NCBI GenBank assembly: GCA_963795945.1
Contig: CAWCJN010000001.1
Span: 410,774-474,773 of the forward strand
Source: an uncultured Pseudomonadota bacterium
GTDB lineage: Bacteria; Desulfobacterota; Binatia; Binatales; Binataceae
Direction of reading: 5' to 3'
DNA: 64,000 bases
Shown: positions 60,933-64,000 of the stretch, in pieces
Layout: each line of letters opens with the position of its first letter
Numbering within the stretch: position 1 is the stretch's first letter
Made by a program: the position numbers and the translations under genes
Notes under the pieces: generated by a model
Seen by the model: the letters and a program-made list of their open reading frames with translations, nothing else
What the model was told of the DNA's origin: nothing
Database searches by the model: none

Positions 60933-62109
60933 TTATGCTTCGAGAGCTTTGACGCCGGGCAGCTCGATTCCTTCGAGATATTCGAGCGTCGCGCCACCAC
61001 CGGTTGAGATGTGGGTGAACTTACCCGCCCAAGGCTGACCGGCCACAGCCGCGGCGGTATCGCCTCCGCCGATAAGGGTCGTGACGCCAATCAGATTGGC
61101 GAGTGCTTCCCCGACCTGCAAAGTTCCCTGAGCGAATGGAGCCAGCTCGAAAAATCCCAGTGGGCCATTCCAGACGACGGTTTTCGCATCGCTTACTTGA
61201 CGAATGAACTCCGCGACGGTGCGCGGACCGATATCGAGCGCCATCCGATCGCCCGGGATGGTTATCGCGGTTTCCGCGATAACCGACGCTTCAGGAGCGG
61301 CTGCAACGAGGTGGTCCGACGGCAACACCATCGGAACCCCTTGCTTTTGTGCGAATTCAAGCAGCTCGCGCGCGAGCTCGAGTTTGTCATCCTCGACCCG
61401 CGATTGCCCAATCGGCACGCCTTGAGCTTTCAGGAACGTATAAGCCATCGCGCCGCCGATCAGAAGCGAATTGACCTTAGTCAGCAAATTGCGGATCACG
61501 CCGATTTTGTCGGAGACCTTTGCGCCGCCCAGGATCGCGACATAGGGACGCGCGGGATTCTCAGTCACGGTACTTAAAGCCTCCAATTCGCGCATCATCA
61601 GGAAGCCGGCCGTGCGCTCGTGGGAGGAATTTCGTCACACCGACGGTCGAGGCGTGCGCGCGATGCGCGGTGCCGAACGCGTCATTGACATAAATCTGCT
61701 TGCCGCGCGCCAATTCATGCGCGAAATCGCGGTCGTTTTTTTCCTCTTCAGGATGGAAGCGGAGATTCTCCAGCAGCAGCGCTTGGCCCGGGGCGAGAGC
61801 GGACACCATCCGCCCTGTGATATCACCGATACAGTCGGGTGCCAATGCGACTTTTTGGTCGAGCACATTGCTGAGGTATTCGGCGACTGGCTTGAAACTC
61901 AAGTCGGCGCTCCGTTCTTTGGGTCGCCCCAGATGCGAACATAGAACAGCTGAACCACCGTGACTGAGGATATAGCGGATGGTTTCGAGACTCGCATCGA
62001 TGCGCGCCGGATCAGTGATACGGCCAGCGTCGAGCGGCACGTTGAAATCGCATCGTACGAGCGCCTTTTGACGCTCGAACCTACAGCTGGTGATTGGAGT
62101 CGCGGCCAT
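60933..62109 (-). CDS. pgk: Phosphoglycerate kinase (one extra base near 61622)
   Basis: VRCDFNVPL, SHLGRP, LLENLRF..EE, VNDAFGTAHR.HAS; the second frame has GGAKVSDKI, WNGP.G.FE, GGGDT, HISTGGGA. Confidence 0.93.
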
Positions 62110-62253
62110 GCGAGTCGAGGGTGCTGCTTCGATCAATAATTTCCCAAAAACGGCGCGTCGCGCAAATAATCAATTGCCGGTGAATCGCCGCCTAAGAATT
62201 CCGGCCGCTTGCGCAAATCGGAAAGAACTAGTGCGCACATGGAACATAAGAAA

Positions 62254-62295
62254 CCGCTAGATTCTTCGGTCGCAGACTCCCTCAGAATGACAAAT
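62254..62295. repeat. REP-like element in the gap-pgk spacer
   Basis: ccgctagattcttc…ctcagaatgacaaat. Confidence 0.8.
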
Positions 62296-62346
62296 TGCAC
62301 TTTGCAACCATTAGACTGGCCTCGACGTACTTCGCTATTGCCTCAT

Positions 62347-63405
<1,059 letters not shown>

Positions 63406-63548
63406 TCAGCCATGAAGCTAGCAACACGGCGCGCGATTTTCCACGACGTAAATCGGTATAGCCGTTGCCCCACACGTGGCGTAACAGCTGCGTTCCGCAA
63501 ATTGTTCGGTTCGTGCGCCAGAGTGTGGCGTTCAACCGGACGTGCCTA

Positions 63549-64000
63549 TCAAGCAGCCTTGAAGAGAGGCTGGTCCTGGCGCGCGGGCGGTTGTACCGCA
63601 ACCGCGCCTTGCCGCGCCCTCGGCAACAACCGTGCGGAGTTCAGAATGAAGGTCATTTCCGAAGCCACGTGCACGAAGGCAGCCAATGTTGGATTAAGCA
63701 CGCCGAGCGCAGTCAGGACAATGCCGGCGAGATCGACGACAAGCGTGCCGGCGAAGTTCTGCCATATAATTTGCCGCGTCCAGCGAGCGATCGCCAAGGT
63801 CTCGGCAAATCTGACCAAATCATTACCAAGCAAAACGACATCGCCGCTCTCGCGGGCAACATCGGTCCCTGAACCCATTGCAACGCCGACGCTAGCGGCG
63901 GTTAGCGCGGGGGAGTCGTTGATTCCATCGCCAACCATCGCGACAACCCGGCCGTCAGCTACCAGTTGCTCGATGCGGGCGAGCTTGGCCTCGGGCAGGA
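63549..64000 (-). CDS. Heavy-metal P1B-type ATPase, C-terminal part (runs off the window)
   Basis: LPE.KL..IE.L…[33 protein letters not shown]. Confidence 0.88.
   Translation of the reverse strand, partial: LPEAKLARIEQLVADGRVVAMVGDGINDSPALTAASVGVAMGSGTDVARESGDVVLLGNDLVRFAETLAIARWTRQIIWQNFAGTLVVDLAGIVLTALGVLNPTLAAFVHVASEMTFILNSARLLPRARQGAVAVQPPARQDQPLFKAA

Noticed and set aside
6043-62295. CRISPR array from the repeated palindromes
   Set aside because: Copies are dispersed singly, with no regular spacers and no cas genes.

Overview
Bacterial chromosomal window with a high-GC coding style. The gene content and style suggest a soil deltaproteobacterium-like lineage such as Ca. Binatota; this is inference, not verified. 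Core genes: a complete trpE-G-D-C-F-B-A-accD operon with a ribosome-dependent Trp attenuator; mlaE / mlaF-D-C-A; cofC; sirC-ccsA-hemA-hemC; dsbD-like; ribB(X); selA; lolE; tRNA-Leu(GAG); secG-tpiA-pgk-gap. Accessory content: a large secreted PPD...RWGDY-type protein; a BrnT/BrnA toxin-antitoxin pair; an MNIO (DUF692) bufferin-like RiPP cluster divergent from an ECF sigma / zinc anti-sigma pair; an MFS plus RND-MFP-TolC efflux block with a two-component system and a His-rich secreted peptide; a type III-like R-M locus and three perfect parS palindromes that split the mla operon; an IS1595 remnant with a passenger gene; and a dispersed family of REP-like palindromic repeats. Many conserved genes, including normally essential accD and pgk, carry single-base indels, most likely long-read or assembly errors, so split ORFs are merged here. 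No CRISPR array, rRNA or intact integrase was seen.
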